A stretch of DNA of 64,000 nucleotides from Minisyncoccia bacterium (GTDB lineage: Bacteria; Patescibacteriota; Minisyncoccia; Phycocordibacterales; UBA5272), in the NCBI GenBank assembly GCA_038256975.1, contig JBBSJU010000003.1, positions 4,807 through 68,806 on the forward strand, read 5' to 3'. Positions 1 to 9,245 of this stretch are shown here, piece after piece. The position numbers and the translations under genes were made by a program. The notes under the pieces are model-generated. The model saw nothing but the letters and a program-made list of their open reading frames with translations, had not been told where the DNA came from and made no database searches. Within the stretch, counting starts at the first letter, position 1; each line of letters begins with the position of its first letter.

Positions 1-729
1 TTTTTCATCAACCAAACGTATAGATGTTTCGGAGCCTCCTACAATAGCACTTTTTGTTCGAGCATAAACAGTTTTATATCGAGGGCTACCGAGAAGTCCT
101 GGAAGTGCAAAATCTGCTTGCCCAATATTATATTGCGCACCGGGCTTATCCGCCGTTATAAGAGCCTGTATTGATCCGGGAGTACTGCTATTCAACATCC
201 TAGGTACGGTGACTCGTCCGTCTAAACGGTATATTTTACCATTTGGAGTTTCAAGTCGTGTACCCGCAACAAGAACTTGCTCAGTAGAGTTTGAGTTGTA
301 GATGGTCACGGTACCTTTCGCTTTCACAAGTGCCGGTGTTCCGGTGCTTGTTTTTATTTCTATGGACGTTGACGTACTCACAGATAGTGTCTGTAGGCTA
401 CTACCAGGTATTACAATATTGGCATCTTTGAATGTCAGGATTTCTTGTTTACTGGTTATATATATCGTAGCGCTTTTCTGAAAGTGCAGAAATCCACCAA
501 CCGCAACAAGTACTGTAATAATAAACAAAGAGAGTCTCCAACCACGTTTCTTTTCCTTTGGATAAAATTCAGCTTTTGTATGTGGGTATTCATCAAACTG
601 AGAATTCACTTCTTGTGGTTGCTTGATCACATTTGGAACTTTTTGGTACAAAGGTTCTGGCACCACACTCCCCGGCACATGAGGTTTAGTAATTTCTCGA
701 ATACTTTTTTTAGGAACAATATCTTGCAT
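1..729 (-). CDS. Partial (runs off window) single-TM membrane protein with a baseplate-J-like extracellular beta domain, a CPR-type family
   Basis: Not in the ORF track. Manual translation from ATG 729 gives MQDIVPKKSIREITKP..., a TM segment (LSLFIITVLVAVGGFL), then KAKGTVTIYN..QVLVAGTRLET.NGKIYRL...VTVP...ADKPGAQYNIG..DFALPGL. Open to position 1. Confidence 0.7.
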   Translation of the reverse strand, partial: MQDIVPKKSIREITKPHVPGSVVPEPLYQKVPNVIKQPQEVNSQFDEYPHTKAEFYPKEKKRGWRLSLFIITVLVAVGGFLHFQKSATIYITSKQEILTFKDANIVIPGSSLQTLSVSTSTSIEIKTSTGTPALVKAKGTVTIYNSNSTEQVLVAGTRLETPNGKIYRLDGRVTVPRMLNSSTPGSIQALITADKPGAQYNIGQADFALPGLLGSPRYKTVYARTKSAIVGGSETSIRLVDEK

Positions 730-742
730 AGAATGTTTGTAA

Positions 743-1732
743 TTATTGTACCTTATTTTTAATAATATATGCGAGACGCGCATCTACGCCTTTGTATATT
801 TCTACAAAATCTATATTTTTCTCTTGAGCTAGAGCATCCTCAACAATTGGAAGCATAAAAGAGTCTCCTACATATACTGTCGGATACAAAATATCAGTTG
901 ACAAGAGGCTCTTTTTAAAACTATCAGAGAACGTCTGTGCAAAATCTTTTACAATCTCTTTGTACACAGTATTCTTTGTACCATGAGCACGTTCAATGCT
1001 CTTGAGTGTACTTTCTATTTGCAAAAAAGGCTGCCCGTGTATTTGAGCACATTTTAAGATCGCAATTCCTGTACCTGTATTTAAAACCAGGCTTTTATTT
1101 TTGTGATAGTACACACTCACAATCTCTCCAAGCATCAACATATCGGTATTGGTTTTTCCCGTCACAAGATTTGGCAAAAAAACCTGCTTACCTAAAGAAT
1201 ACATCTGTTTGGCATTCTGAATGGAAGTGTAAACATTTCTTTGTATCCATTGTTGAACAACATTAGCCTTTCTTTCTCCTGACAAAGAAAGGTTTGAAGT
1301 GACATAACCATTTATTGTATGATTTTGCGGCGGATGTTCAAGAACAATTCCATCGAAAACATGTCGTCCAAGAAGTTCCGTATACGTATTAGGCAAATCA
1401 AGTGTGTCACCTATTTCTTTTATATTCTCTTCAAAAAAGGTCGCATCTTCTTTTTGGAACAAAACTTCATGCGCTTCAGCGAAAGACAGAGGTGCATCTA
1501 TAAAAATGTATGTTTGCGCAACTTTCTTTTTGGAAACAAGTTTCTCAAGTGTTTTTTGGAGAAGTGCTTCTGTTTGTGCGAGAAGTTTTTGTGGATCCTT
1601 TTCAGAAATAATAGACGCCTTGTTGTGAGATACGTGTTCTATGACACCATTTTTTACTATTGCACCACTAACACCGCCAAGATACATATCAAGCACAAGA
1701 GAGCAGCTTTCTTTTTGCAAAACATCACTCAT
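743..1732 (-). CDS. Hypothetical protein, possibly a degenerate FtsA/PilM-like actin-fold protein
   Basis: 329-aa ORF. N-terminal LVLDMYLGGVSGAIV resembles a decayed actin-fold phosphate-1 strand. Co-oriented 13 nt upstream of the baseplate-J-like gene. Fold call is tentative. Confidence 0.45.
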   Translation of the reverse strand: MSDVLQKESCSLVLDMYLGGVSGAIVKNGVIEHVSHNKASIISEKDPQKLLAQTEALLQKTLEKLVSKKKVAQTYIFIDAPLSFAEAHEVLFQKEDATFFEENIKEIGDTLDLPNTYTELLGRHVFDGIVLEHPPQNHTINGYVTSNLSLSGERKANVVQQWIQRNVYTSIQNAKQMYSLGKQVFLPNLVTGKTNTDMLMLGEIVSVYYHKNKSLVLNTGTGIAILKCAQIHGQPFLQIESTLKSIERAHGTKNTVYKEIVKDFAQTFSDSFKKSLLSTDILYPTVYVGDSFMLPIVEDALAQEKNIDFVEIYKGVDARLAYIIKNKVQ

Positions 1733-1768
1733 TTGTATCAGTATATATTATTTTACCAAAAATAATAA

Positions 1769-1792
1769 AACCAGGTATGCCATTACCTGGTT
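1769..1792 (-). terminator. Rho-independent terminator
   Basis: AACCAGGTA-6nt-TACCTGGTT stem followed by a T-rich run on the minus strand. Confidence 0.6.
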
Positions 1793-1922
1793 ATGGAAGG
1801 AACGCTTCTGCTGATCAGATCGGCGGAGAACTTCCTTGATGAAACATATTTTCTACTGAAACCCTAACTTAAATACCACAACAACTTCCAACCACACTTA
1901 AATCCATATCAAGACAACTTCA

Positions 1923-2303
1923 TTACACTTTAGTTATTCTTGGTGAAAACAAGTACCAATGAAGAATCCCCGTTATCCAACCAAGGAAAAGTGCGAATGA
2001 GAACGCTCTAAACCTCAGATTAACTACTTCTTGCAATTGATCAGATGGAGTGCCAATGAAAACTATCAAAAACAGTAGGATGAAATGAATCACCACCATC
2101 AGTACTGGCATACCAAGAAACAAGATTGTTCTGGGATCAGTAAAAAAGGAGTTCGCGAATCCAATCTTTACTGCCACAAAACACGTGGCAAGGAAACATA
2201 GAATTCCTACCCCTCTTCCTCCTACTAAAAATCCTACCAACGCAGAGAAACTTGCGAAAAACACCAGTACTGCAAAAAACCAAAATGTCTTACTCATGAA
2301 CAT
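1923..2303 (-). CDS. Orphan 4-TM membrane protein (start may be ATG 2297)
   Basis: 126-aa hydrophobic ORF. GGAG lies 8 nt before the second Met. Has its own promoter. Confidence 0.65.
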   Translation of the reverse strand: MFMSKTFWFFAVLVFFASFSALVGFLVGGRGVGILCFLATCFVAVKIGFANSFFTDPRTILFLGMPVLMVVIHFILLFLIVFIGTPSDQLQEVVNLRFRAFSFALFLGWITGILHWYLFSPRITKV

Positions 2304-2317
2304 GTCTCCATTGACAT

Positions 2318-2370
2318 AACGAAGCAGAATTGCTTCGTTTACAATTTATCATACAAAATATATTTGTCAA
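2318..2370 (-). promoter_or_regulatory. Sigma70-type promoter plus leader hairpin
   Basis: TTGACA (2370-2365), 16-nt spacer, TAAATT; then 9-bp hairpin AACGAAGCA/TGCTTCGTT (2318-2339) ahead of the RBS. Confidence 0.55.
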
Positions 2371-2391
2371 TGCTCTCTAAACTACTGATTT

Positions 2392-4347
2392 TTAAATTAG
2401 AACAGCTTTTATGCGACGTATACCTGCACTCACTGCTTCTTCTTTTTGAATTTTAAATATTCCAAGGACTCCTAAGTGTTCAACATGCGGACCGCCGCAG
2501 AATTCAATAGAGTAGAGATTACTATCCCCTCTTTTTTTACCTTCTCCGATACGATAAATACTCACCACATCACTATATTTATCTTCAAAAAGTCCAATTG
2601 CTCCACGAGCCTTTGCTTCTTCAAATGAAACTTCTTCACGAGTCACAGGTAAATCTGCCTGTATTTTTGAATTAATAATGTCTTCTACTTTCTTCTTTTC
2701 CTCGTCGGTCATTTTTGTATCGTGTGAGAAGTCAAAACGGAGACGTTCAGGTGTAATGTTTGAACCTTTTTGAAACACATGCTCGCCTAGCACTTCACGA
2801 AGCGCTTGATGAAGAAGGTGTGTTGCTGTGTGGTATTTTACTTCCATTTCCCCATCACCTCCAAGTCCACCTTTGAATTTTCCAGCTGATGCGGTGCGAG
2901 AGCTTGCAGCATGAGCTTCTTTAAGTGTGTCGAATTCAACTCGATCCACTCTACCTTTTTTCTCTTTTACAATCTCCTCCGTAAGTTCAATAGGAAAGCC
3001 GTCATTCTGCCATAAGTCAAACGCTATTTTTCCAGACAAAACCCACTCAAGCACTAAGTTTGGATCAAAATTTTCTCCAACAGAATCAAGTTTTGCCCAA
3101 GCTTCATCGCCTTTGTCTCTAGCTATTAATTTTTCAGTTTTCTTGAGACCATTTTCAAGTGTCTTTCTAAACTTCTCTTCTTCTTTGGTTATTTCGTTCA
3201 ATATTTCAGCTTTCTTTGTTTCAAGATTTTTGTACTCATCTTTATAGACTTGAATAAATGAGTCGGCAACTTTTGCACAAAAGTTTGTATGAATATCAAG
3301 ATTACGAGCGAAGCGCACCGCGCGGCGAATGAGTCGGCGCACAAAATAACTTTGGTCTTTGTTTCCTGGAAGCACGCCGTCACTAATTAAAAATGTTGCG
3401 GCACGAATGTGATCGAGAATAACTCGAAAAGCATACTGAGCCGTGCCTTGATACGTTTTACCTGAAAGTCGTTCGATCGTTGCTTTTGCAACATCAAACA
3501 CATCCATATTAAACACATCAGCATCATTTTGTGTTGCTGCAGTCATGCGCTCAAGTCCACCGCCAAAGTCTACATTTTGCTGTGCGAGTTTTTCAAAACC
3601 ATTTTCTGTTTTAACGTACTCCATGAAGACATTGTTACCAATTTCCACAAAACGTCCGCAATCGCAGTTTACGTGGCAAAATTCGCCACTCCAAGCTGTG
3701 TTTGGAATACAACTTCGTCCAAGGTCTGGATAGAAGTCGTAAAACATCTCAGTATCTGGGCCACCTGGCTCACCCACTGGCATATTTCCTGGTACTCCTG
3801 ATCTACTCCACCAATTTTTCTTTTCAGGATAATAAAAAATTCGTTCACCAACTTGTATACCGTCAACTTCAGGATTCTCACCTATTTTTGCATCAACCCC
3901 TTTTGTTTTAAAAAGTTTTTGCCAAAGTTCTGCTGACTCTGTATCTTTTGGAATTCCAAGAGACTCATTTCCCTTGAAACAAGAAAAATAAAGACGTTCG
4001 TGGTCGAGTTTAATTTCCTCTGTCAAAAATTCCCACATCCACGGAATTTGTTCTTGCTTAAAAAAATCACCAAGTGACCAGTTTCCAAGCATTTCAAAAA
4101 ATGTTGTGTGGCGATTGTCACCCACTTCCTCTATATCCTGACTACGAAAACATTTTTGAGAATCCGTAATCTTTGTTCCAAGTGGATGCTTTTGCCCTAA
4201 AAGGTATGGCACCATCGGCTGCATTCCAGAGCCTGTAAACAAAGTCGTTGGGTCATTTTCTGGCACGAGCGGAGATGAAGGAACAATTACGTGCCCTTTC
4301 TTCTCCATAAACTTCAAAAATAACGATCGTAGCTCGTTTGTTTTCAT
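2392..4347 (-). CDS. alaS: Alanine--tRNA ligase (short form lacking C-Ala domain)
   Basis: DPTTLFTGSGMQP, RHTTFFEMLGNWS, DFGGGLER; editing motifs HTATHLL and EFCGGPH; ends at GIRRIKAV. Confidence 0.97.
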   Translation of the reverse strand: MKTNELRSLFLKFMEKKGHVIVPSSPLVPENDPTTLFTGSGMQPMVPYLLGQKHPLGTKITDSQKCFRSQDIEEVGDNRHTTFFEMLGNWSLGDFFKQEQIPWMWEFLTEEIKLDHERLYFSCFKGNESLGIPKDTESAELWQKLFKTKGVDAKIGENPEVDGIQVGERIFYYPEKKNWWSRSGVPGNMPVGEPGGPDTEMFYDFYPDLGRSCIPNTAWSGEFCHVNCDCGRFVEIGNNVFMEYVKTENGFEKLAQQNVDFGGGLERMTAATQNDADVFNMDVFDVAKATIERLSGKTYQGTAQYAFRVILDHIRAATFLISDGVLPGNKDQSYFVRRLIRRAVRFARNLDIHTNFCAKVADSFIQVYKDEYKNLETKKAEILNEITKEEEKFRKTLENGLKKTEKLIARDKGDEAWAKLDSVGENFDPNLVLEWVLSGKIAFDLWQNDGFPIELTEEIVKEKKGRVDRVEFDTLKEAHAASSRTASAGKFKGGLGGDGEMEVKYHTATHLLHQALREVLGEHVFQKGSNITPERLRFDFSHDTKMTDEEKKKVEDIINSKIQADLPVTREEVSFEEAKARGAIGLFEDKYSDVVSIYRIGEGKKRGDSNLYSIEFCGGPHVEHLGVLGIFKIQKEEAVSAGIRRIKAVLI

Positions 4348-4380
4348 ACCTAAGTCTGTATTCTTCGAGTATAGCAGCGA

Positions 4381-4866
4381 TTACTTTATGAATCCAATAG
4401 ACCTAAAAAATGACTCAAACGACGCCCATGGAAGCGCGACAAGTAATGTTCCAAGAAGTACAAAAAGTCCGCCGATCGCAGTTTTTACGGTAAAAGATTC
4501 TCCCAAAAAAAGTGCGGCTAAAATAAGAGTAAAGATAAGACTCAGCTTGTCGAGCACTGTTACACCTTGCGCAGGACCAATAGAAAGCGCTTGAAAGAAC
4601 AGAAGCCAAGAAAGCGCGCCGCACACAGCGGAAAGAACGATAAACACCCAAGCAGAAAATGGTAATTCAAAAAACGAAGAGGCCTGTACCTTTTTTGAAA
4701 CGAAAAGGGTAAATAAAGTGACAACAATTGCCATAACAATTCCACGGATTGTCGTGACAATATGTGAAGGAATGTCTGCAAGACCAACTTTAGCAAAAAC
4801 AGTACCGAGAGATGCTGCAACAGCCCCGAGGAGCGCAAGAGTGACCCAACTATTTAATATCATCAT
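4381..4866 (-). CDS. EamA/DMT family transporter
   Basis: Five TM segments, FAKVGL, GALSWLLFFQAL, LDKLSL..LFLGE. Start moved to ATG 4866. Confidence 0.88.
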   Translation of the reverse strand: MMILNSWVTLALLGAVAASLGTVFAKVGLADIPSHIVTTIRGIVMAIVVTLFTLFVSKKVQASSFFELPFSAWVFIVLSAVCGALSWLLFFQALSIGPAQGVTVLDKLSLIFTLILAALFLGESFTVKTAIGGLFVLLGTLLVALPWASFESFFRSIGFIK

Positions 4867-5302
4867 GTGGGGCAATAAACTTATCTTCTATTTTCCAAAG
4901 AATGGTCAGGGTTACAACCGTTGCAACAGTTGCAATTGTTGCGAGTGTATAGAAGCCGAAACCACATGCAATACCAATACCAGCAGCAACCCAAAGTCCT
5001 GTCGCGGTAGTAAGCCCTGTCACGTGATTATCACGAAACATAATAGCTCCAGCACCAAGAAATCCAATACCTGCAACAACTTGCGCAGCAATACGAAGCG
5101 AATCAGTTACACCAACACCAACTTCTCCCATAATCTGTCCTGAAACCACAAAAAGTGCGGCACCCATCGCAACAAGTCCATAGGTTCGAGGCCCTGCTGT
5201 TTTGTGTGCACGAACTCGTTCAATACCAATAAGAAGTCCTAAGACAAGAGCAACAATAATTCGAATGGAAAAATCAATTTCTATATCTGATATAAAATTC
5301 AT
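4850..5302 (-). CDS. MgtC/SapB family membrane protein
   Basis: IGIER..HKTAGPRT, RIAAQVVAGIGFLGAG, GLTTATGLW. Confidence 0.93.
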   Translation of the reverse strand: MNFISDIEIDFSIRIIVALVLGLLIGIERVRAHKTAGPRTYGLVAMGAALFVVSGQIMGEVGVGVTDSLRIAAQVVAGIGFLGAGAIMFRDNHVTGLTTATGLWVAAGIGIACGFGFYTLATIATVATVVTLTILWKIEDKFIAPHDDIK

Positions 5303-6369
5303 TACACTATTATACCTCCACCAAGAACTTTTGTACCATTTTTGTTGTAGATAACTGCCGATTGTCCCGGAACAGCAAGTGAAGCTTCTTTCAAAATAAT
5401 TATTGTATTATTTTTATCCTGCACACATCGTGCCTCAATCAAGGCTTGGCGGTATCGTAAACGCACAGATACTTCAGCGTCATTCAGAATTCCTTCAGTC
5501 ATTTGAAATGCGCGTAACTTAATTTCTGTTTCTGGTTTTGTTTGAGGTTTTTTCGTTGAAACAGTGATCGTATTTTTTTCTACATCCCTATCTACAATGA
5601 AAAATGCCTCGTCGTGAGGTGTTTTGTGTGTAATGGTAAAACCATGTCGTTCGCCTAATGTGTAGAGCATTGCTCCGTCATGCGTACCGATTATTTCACT
5701 TTTTTCATTTAAAACACTGCCTGGCTTTGGCGAAAGCTCTTGTTTCAAAAGATCTTTAAACGAGATAGTTCCTACGAAACAAAGCCCTTGGCTATCTCTT
5801 TTGGGCGCGGTGTACAGTTTTGCTTTTTCCGCAATTATACGCACGTCTTTTTTTTCAAGATGCCCAATAGGAAAAAGTACATGTGCTAATTGTGACTGTC
5901 CGAGTGTCCATAAAAAATATGTTTGATCTTTCTCAGTATCTTTACTAACATGCATCTCATACACTTCCCCATTCTTTTTTACCTGAGCGTAGTGTCCTGT
6001 GGCGATATAGTCAGCTCCATGTTTTAAAGCGAAATCCAAGAATGCGCCAAATTTAACTTCTCGATTACACATGACATCAGGATTTGGTGTGTTTCCTGCT
6101 TGGTACTCTTCTAGCATATAGTCTATGACCCCCTTTTTATATTCTTCCTCTAAATCAAGTGTGAGAAATGGAATATCAAGTTGTGCCGCTATGCGCATGG
6201 CGTCAAGACGATCTTCTTTGGCAGTACAAGGAAAACCTTCTGGCTGCCACACTTTTATAAAAACCCCGACTACATTGTAGCCAGATTCTTTGAGCAAATA
6301 TGCCGAAACAGACGAGTCCACTCCGCCTGACATTCCAACAAAAACGGTTTTTGGAAAGTTTTTAAGCAT
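5302..6369 (-). CDS. mnmA: tRNA 2-thiouridine(34) synthase
   Basis: SGGVDSS PP-loop, TPNPDVMCN, ATGHYA, KDQTYFL, DSQGLCF, PGQSAVIY. Confidence 0.97.
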   Translation of the reverse strand: MLKNFPKTVFVGMSGGVDSSVSAYLLKESGYNVVGVFIKVWQPEGFPCTAKEDRLDAMRIAAQLDIPFLTLDLEEEYKKGVIDYMLEEYQAGNTPNPDVMCNREVKFGAFLDFALKHGADYIATGHYAQVKKNGEVYEMHVSKDTEKDQTYFLWTLGQSQLAHVLFPIGHLEKKDVRIIAEKAKLYTAPKRDSQGLCFVGTISFKDLLKQELSPKPGSVLNEKSEIIGTHDGAMLYTLGERHGFTITHKTPHDEAFFIVDRDVEKNTITVSTKKPQTKPETEIKLRAFQMTEGILNDAEVSVRLRYRQALIEARCVQDKNNTIIILKEASLAVPGQSAVIYNKNGTKVLGGGIIV

Positions 6370-6913
6370 TCATCATTTTTTTGTACACCTCAAAGAGTGC
6401 TTTTGTATCAGCGAGCGCAGTGTGGGCGCGTTCGTTCTTGATACCATACATTTCACAAAGATAACGTAATGAATATTTATCGACTTCAGATTTATTATAG
6501 TGTTGCGCAAAAGCAATTGAGAGCGTATCGAGTCTTTGAAAATGTAGTGTGTTTTCTACACCGGTTGATTTAAATGCTTTATCAATAAAAGCGGCATCAA
6601 ACGTAAGGTTATGAGCAACCATAATCGCCCCTTTTGCTTTTTTTGCAAGATGTTCCATGGCATTCTTTAGGTCAATTGCAAATACCCATTCCATTTCATT
6701 AAAACCAGTAATCCGAAGGGCTTCCTCTTCTGCGTCCTGTAATCGAGTTGGCGTAACCTTGAGCTCAAATTCTTCAACAATACTTACTTCCGGACCTTTT
6801 CCAATACGTGATGTTTGCTTTGCAATAACACATCCAAGCTGGATAATTTCATGTTTCTCGGCATCGAGCCCCGTCGTTTCCACATCGATAAATGCAAGTA
6901 GTTCTGATTTCAT
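6362..6913 (-). CDS. DEDDh 3'-5' exonuclease (DnaQ-like)
   Basis: DVETTG, AHNLTFD and HTALAD Exo I/II/III motifs. Confidence 0.9.
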   Translation of the reverse strand: MKSELLAFIDVETTGLDAEKHEIIQLGCVIAKQTSRIGKGPEVSIVEEFELKVTPTRLQDAEEEALRITGFNEMEWVFAIDLKNAMEHLAKKAKGAIMVAHNLTFDAAFIDKAFKSTGVENTLHFQRLDTLSIAFAQHYNKSEVDKYSLRYLCEMYGIKNERAHTALADTKALFEVYKKMMNA

Positions 6914-6936
6914 GTGTTTTGATTGTACTTACTTAT

Positions 6937-7848
6937 TTACTTGAGGTAAAGTGCTTTATTTTTCACATGCTCTTCATGTGTACGAGCATAGTACATTTCT
7001 CCGTCATCACCGGTTAAATAGAACAAGTATGGAGAGGCTTCTGGACTCAGTGCTGCAAGGAGGGAGATTTTTCCTGGATTTGAAATAGCTGTCGGTGGTA
7101 ATCCAGTATTTGTATATGTATTATACGGAGATTCTTTCGCCAAATCCGAAGTACTTAATTGAGCAGACGTCTTTCCTCGTTCATAAAAAAGTGTTGCATC
7201 TACCTGAAGCGCCATTCCAATTTTAAGTCGTTTATAGAGAATACCTGAGATAATACGCATGTCTTTTTCAGTATTTGCCTCTTTTTCTAAAATAGAAGCG
7301 ATGATAAGATTTTTTTTCTTTTCTGCTTCAGACAGCTGGGTTAAGATATTTTGTGTTTGTGTAATAAATTCTTTCTCAGCGACCGCAATAAGAGCATCTT
7401 CTGTCTCATTTCCGATAAATTCATACGTGTTCGGAAAAAGATACCCTTCCTTGCCTTGTACCTTTTCTAGAAAACGTTTGGCATCACATTGAGAAAGTTT
7501 TTGAGCACACAAGACGGCGATTTCTTTGTTTGTTGAGCCCTCAGGAATTGTTATTCGAACCGCCTTTCTATAGGTACTCTTTTCAAAAAGAAACAGGTAT
7601 TGAAAAAAACTCTTTTTTAAAGGAATATCATAAAATCCCTCTTGAACACGAACACCAAGAAGCACTCCATATTTTTCAAACAAATTTTTTGAATAGACGC
7701 ACCCAACTTCTTTTAGTTTTGTTGCCACATCATGAACAGAGTCATTTTTTTCAATCGTCAAAGTAAAAGCCTTACATGAAGGAGGTGTGGTATGTATGCA
7801 CAGTAAAATAAAAAAAATAAATCCAAAGAGAATGGGAACATTTTTCAT
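6937..7848 (-). CDS. mltG: Endolytic transglycosylase
   Basis: N-terminal TM, TIPEG, EGYLFPNTY, ASILEKE, LQVDAT, SPYNTY..GLPPTAISNPG. Confidence 0.95.
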   Translation of the reverse strand: MKNVPILFGFIFFILLCIHTTPPSCKAFTLTIEKNDSVHDVATKLKEVGCVYSKNLFEKYGVLLGVRVQEGFYDIPLKKSFFQYLFLFEKSTYRKAVRITIPEGSTNKEIAVLCAQKLSQCDAKRFLEKVQGKEGYLFPNTYEFIGNETEDALIAVAEKEFITQTQNILTQLSEAEKKKNLIIASILEKEANTEKDMRIISGILYKRLKIGMALQVDATLFYERGKTSAQLSTSDLAKESPYNTYTNTGLPPTAISNPGKISLLAALSPEASPYLFYLTGDDGEMYYARTHEEHVKNKALYLK

Positions 7849-7851
7849 AAC

Positions 7852-9216
7852 CTAGAGTGGTAGATTAATAGGTGGTTCTGCTTTTGTAGATCCAATACGT
7901 TTTAGTGATGGTGCTGCTGAGACTTGTCCAGGGAAATGGTACACAGTTGCGAGTTCTTCAGTATTTAATATAAAACGAGTTGGGTCATCTTTTACTGATG
8001 GTTTCTTAAAGGCTTTTACAGGATCAACTGAAAAGAAGCGAATTTTAAAAGCTTCCCAAATATCATGAACTACACCACTCGGGATTCCATTATACCAATC
8101 TTCATTACTGTGAGCTTTGTAAAAACCTTTTCGTTTCTGAATTTTAGCGACAGCCTCATCTTTTTTTATAATAAGTTTAAGTCCTGTCGTATCTTCCCAT
8201 GGAAAATCAAAACTTGTTGTATTTTCTGGTCTAAAACCGTTATAGTTGCCATGACCAAATTGACGTAAACACCCTGTTGCTGCATCAATATTTCTTGGAT
8301 CAAAGTGTTTTTTATCAGCAATATACGCAACACGAATCATTACTTCAAAACCCGGTTTAGAAATATTATTATAAATCGCTTCAACTTTTTGTTTATCTGT
8401 ATATGAGAGATCCGAATCCTTTTTTGCTTCTGGGACATTGCCCCGAGCCTTCTCATCTGTTTTTCGTGCTTCTGCAAGTTCAGCCTTGGCTTCTTTAATT
8501 TTTTCTTTTAGCTCATCATTTGTAAGCTCAAGTCCGTAATAAATCTTGTTCAATGCTTTTTGCGCGTCTAATTTCCATGTATCAAATTTCCCATCTACCG
8601 CGCGACAAATAATCTGAAACCAAATTTGTTCGCCTTTTTTAACCGAACCCATCCATTCAATAAGTGGCGCTATCGGATCGACTTTAAACTCTTCTTTCGG
8701 ATCCTTATCGAGTTTATAATCAACATAGGTGCGAATAGGGATAGCGTCCTCCCCTACTAAGGCAAAATCATTTCCCCAAACATCGTGTTCTTTTGGATCA
8801 TAACGAAGATAATTTGTGTAGTCTTCAGCTTCTGTTATTTCTATTCCAGGATACTGTGCGTACAGCGCTGACTCTATGGCATTTTTAAACTTACTGTTTG
8901 TGCGAATAAAAAAGCGTACGTCACCTTCTATAGAGGCAATTTCCAGTGAAAACCAATTCCGAACCTTCCCATCCCAAAATTTTGCATACCACGTACTCGT
9001 TCCACCTCCTTGATGCAAAGAAGTAAGAAACATCTCCATAGCAAGGGGTGATTTAAACAAATCTCGAGGTAAGCGCACTTCAAGTAAAATCCATTTTATA
9101 GAATTGAGAAATTGCGCCTGAACGTGCCGTACCCAATGTCTCCACCAGAGTATGCCGAGTCCTGCAGAAAGTGCGATAAAGAATAATAGCGTAATGATTG
9201 CCCCAAGGTAATTCAT
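7852..9216 (-). CDS. Conserved CPR-type membrane protein, resembling the N-terminal region of CPR VirD4/TraG-like ATPases but without the ATPase
   Basis: TM, then LLEVRLP..KSPLAME, FSLEIAS, IESALYAQYP.IEI.EAEDY, LNTEELATVYHFP, C-terminal AEPPINLP. No Walker A motif. Family recognised from memory. Confidence 0.6.
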   Translation of the reverse strand: MNYLGAIITLLFFIALSAGLGILWWRHWVRHVQAQFLNSIKWILLEVRLPRDLFKSPLAMEMFLTSLHQGGGTSTWYAKFWDGKVRNWFSLEIASIEGDVRFFIRTNSKFKNAIESALYAQYPGIEITEAEDYTNYLRYDPKEHDVWGNDFALVGEDAIPIRTYVDYKLDKDPKEEFKVDPIAPLIEWMGSVKKGEQIWFQIICRAVDGKFDTWKLDAQKALNKIYYGLELTNDELKEKIKEAKAELAEARKTDEKARGNVPEAKKDSDLSYTDKQKVEAIYNNISKPGFEVMIRVAYIADKKHFDPRNIDAATGCLRQFGHGNYNGFRPENTTSFDFPWEDTTGLKLIIKKDEAVAKIQKRKGFYKAHSNEDWYNGIPSGVVHDIWEAFKIRFFSVDPVKAFKKPSVKDDPTRFILNTEELATVYHFPGQVSAAPSLKRIGSTKAEPPINLPL

Positions 9217-9245
9217 TACGCTATTATACCAAACTTATGAGATTC

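Noticed and set aside
1-729. Prophage suggested by the baseplate-J-like domain
   Set aside because: The protein is TM-anchored and flanked by housekeeping genes, with no other virion genes.
1795-1922. ORF after the orphan membrane gene (TAATG overlap)
   Set aside because: The coupled ATG stops after 4 codons and other frames give only short fragments. At most a decayed remnant.
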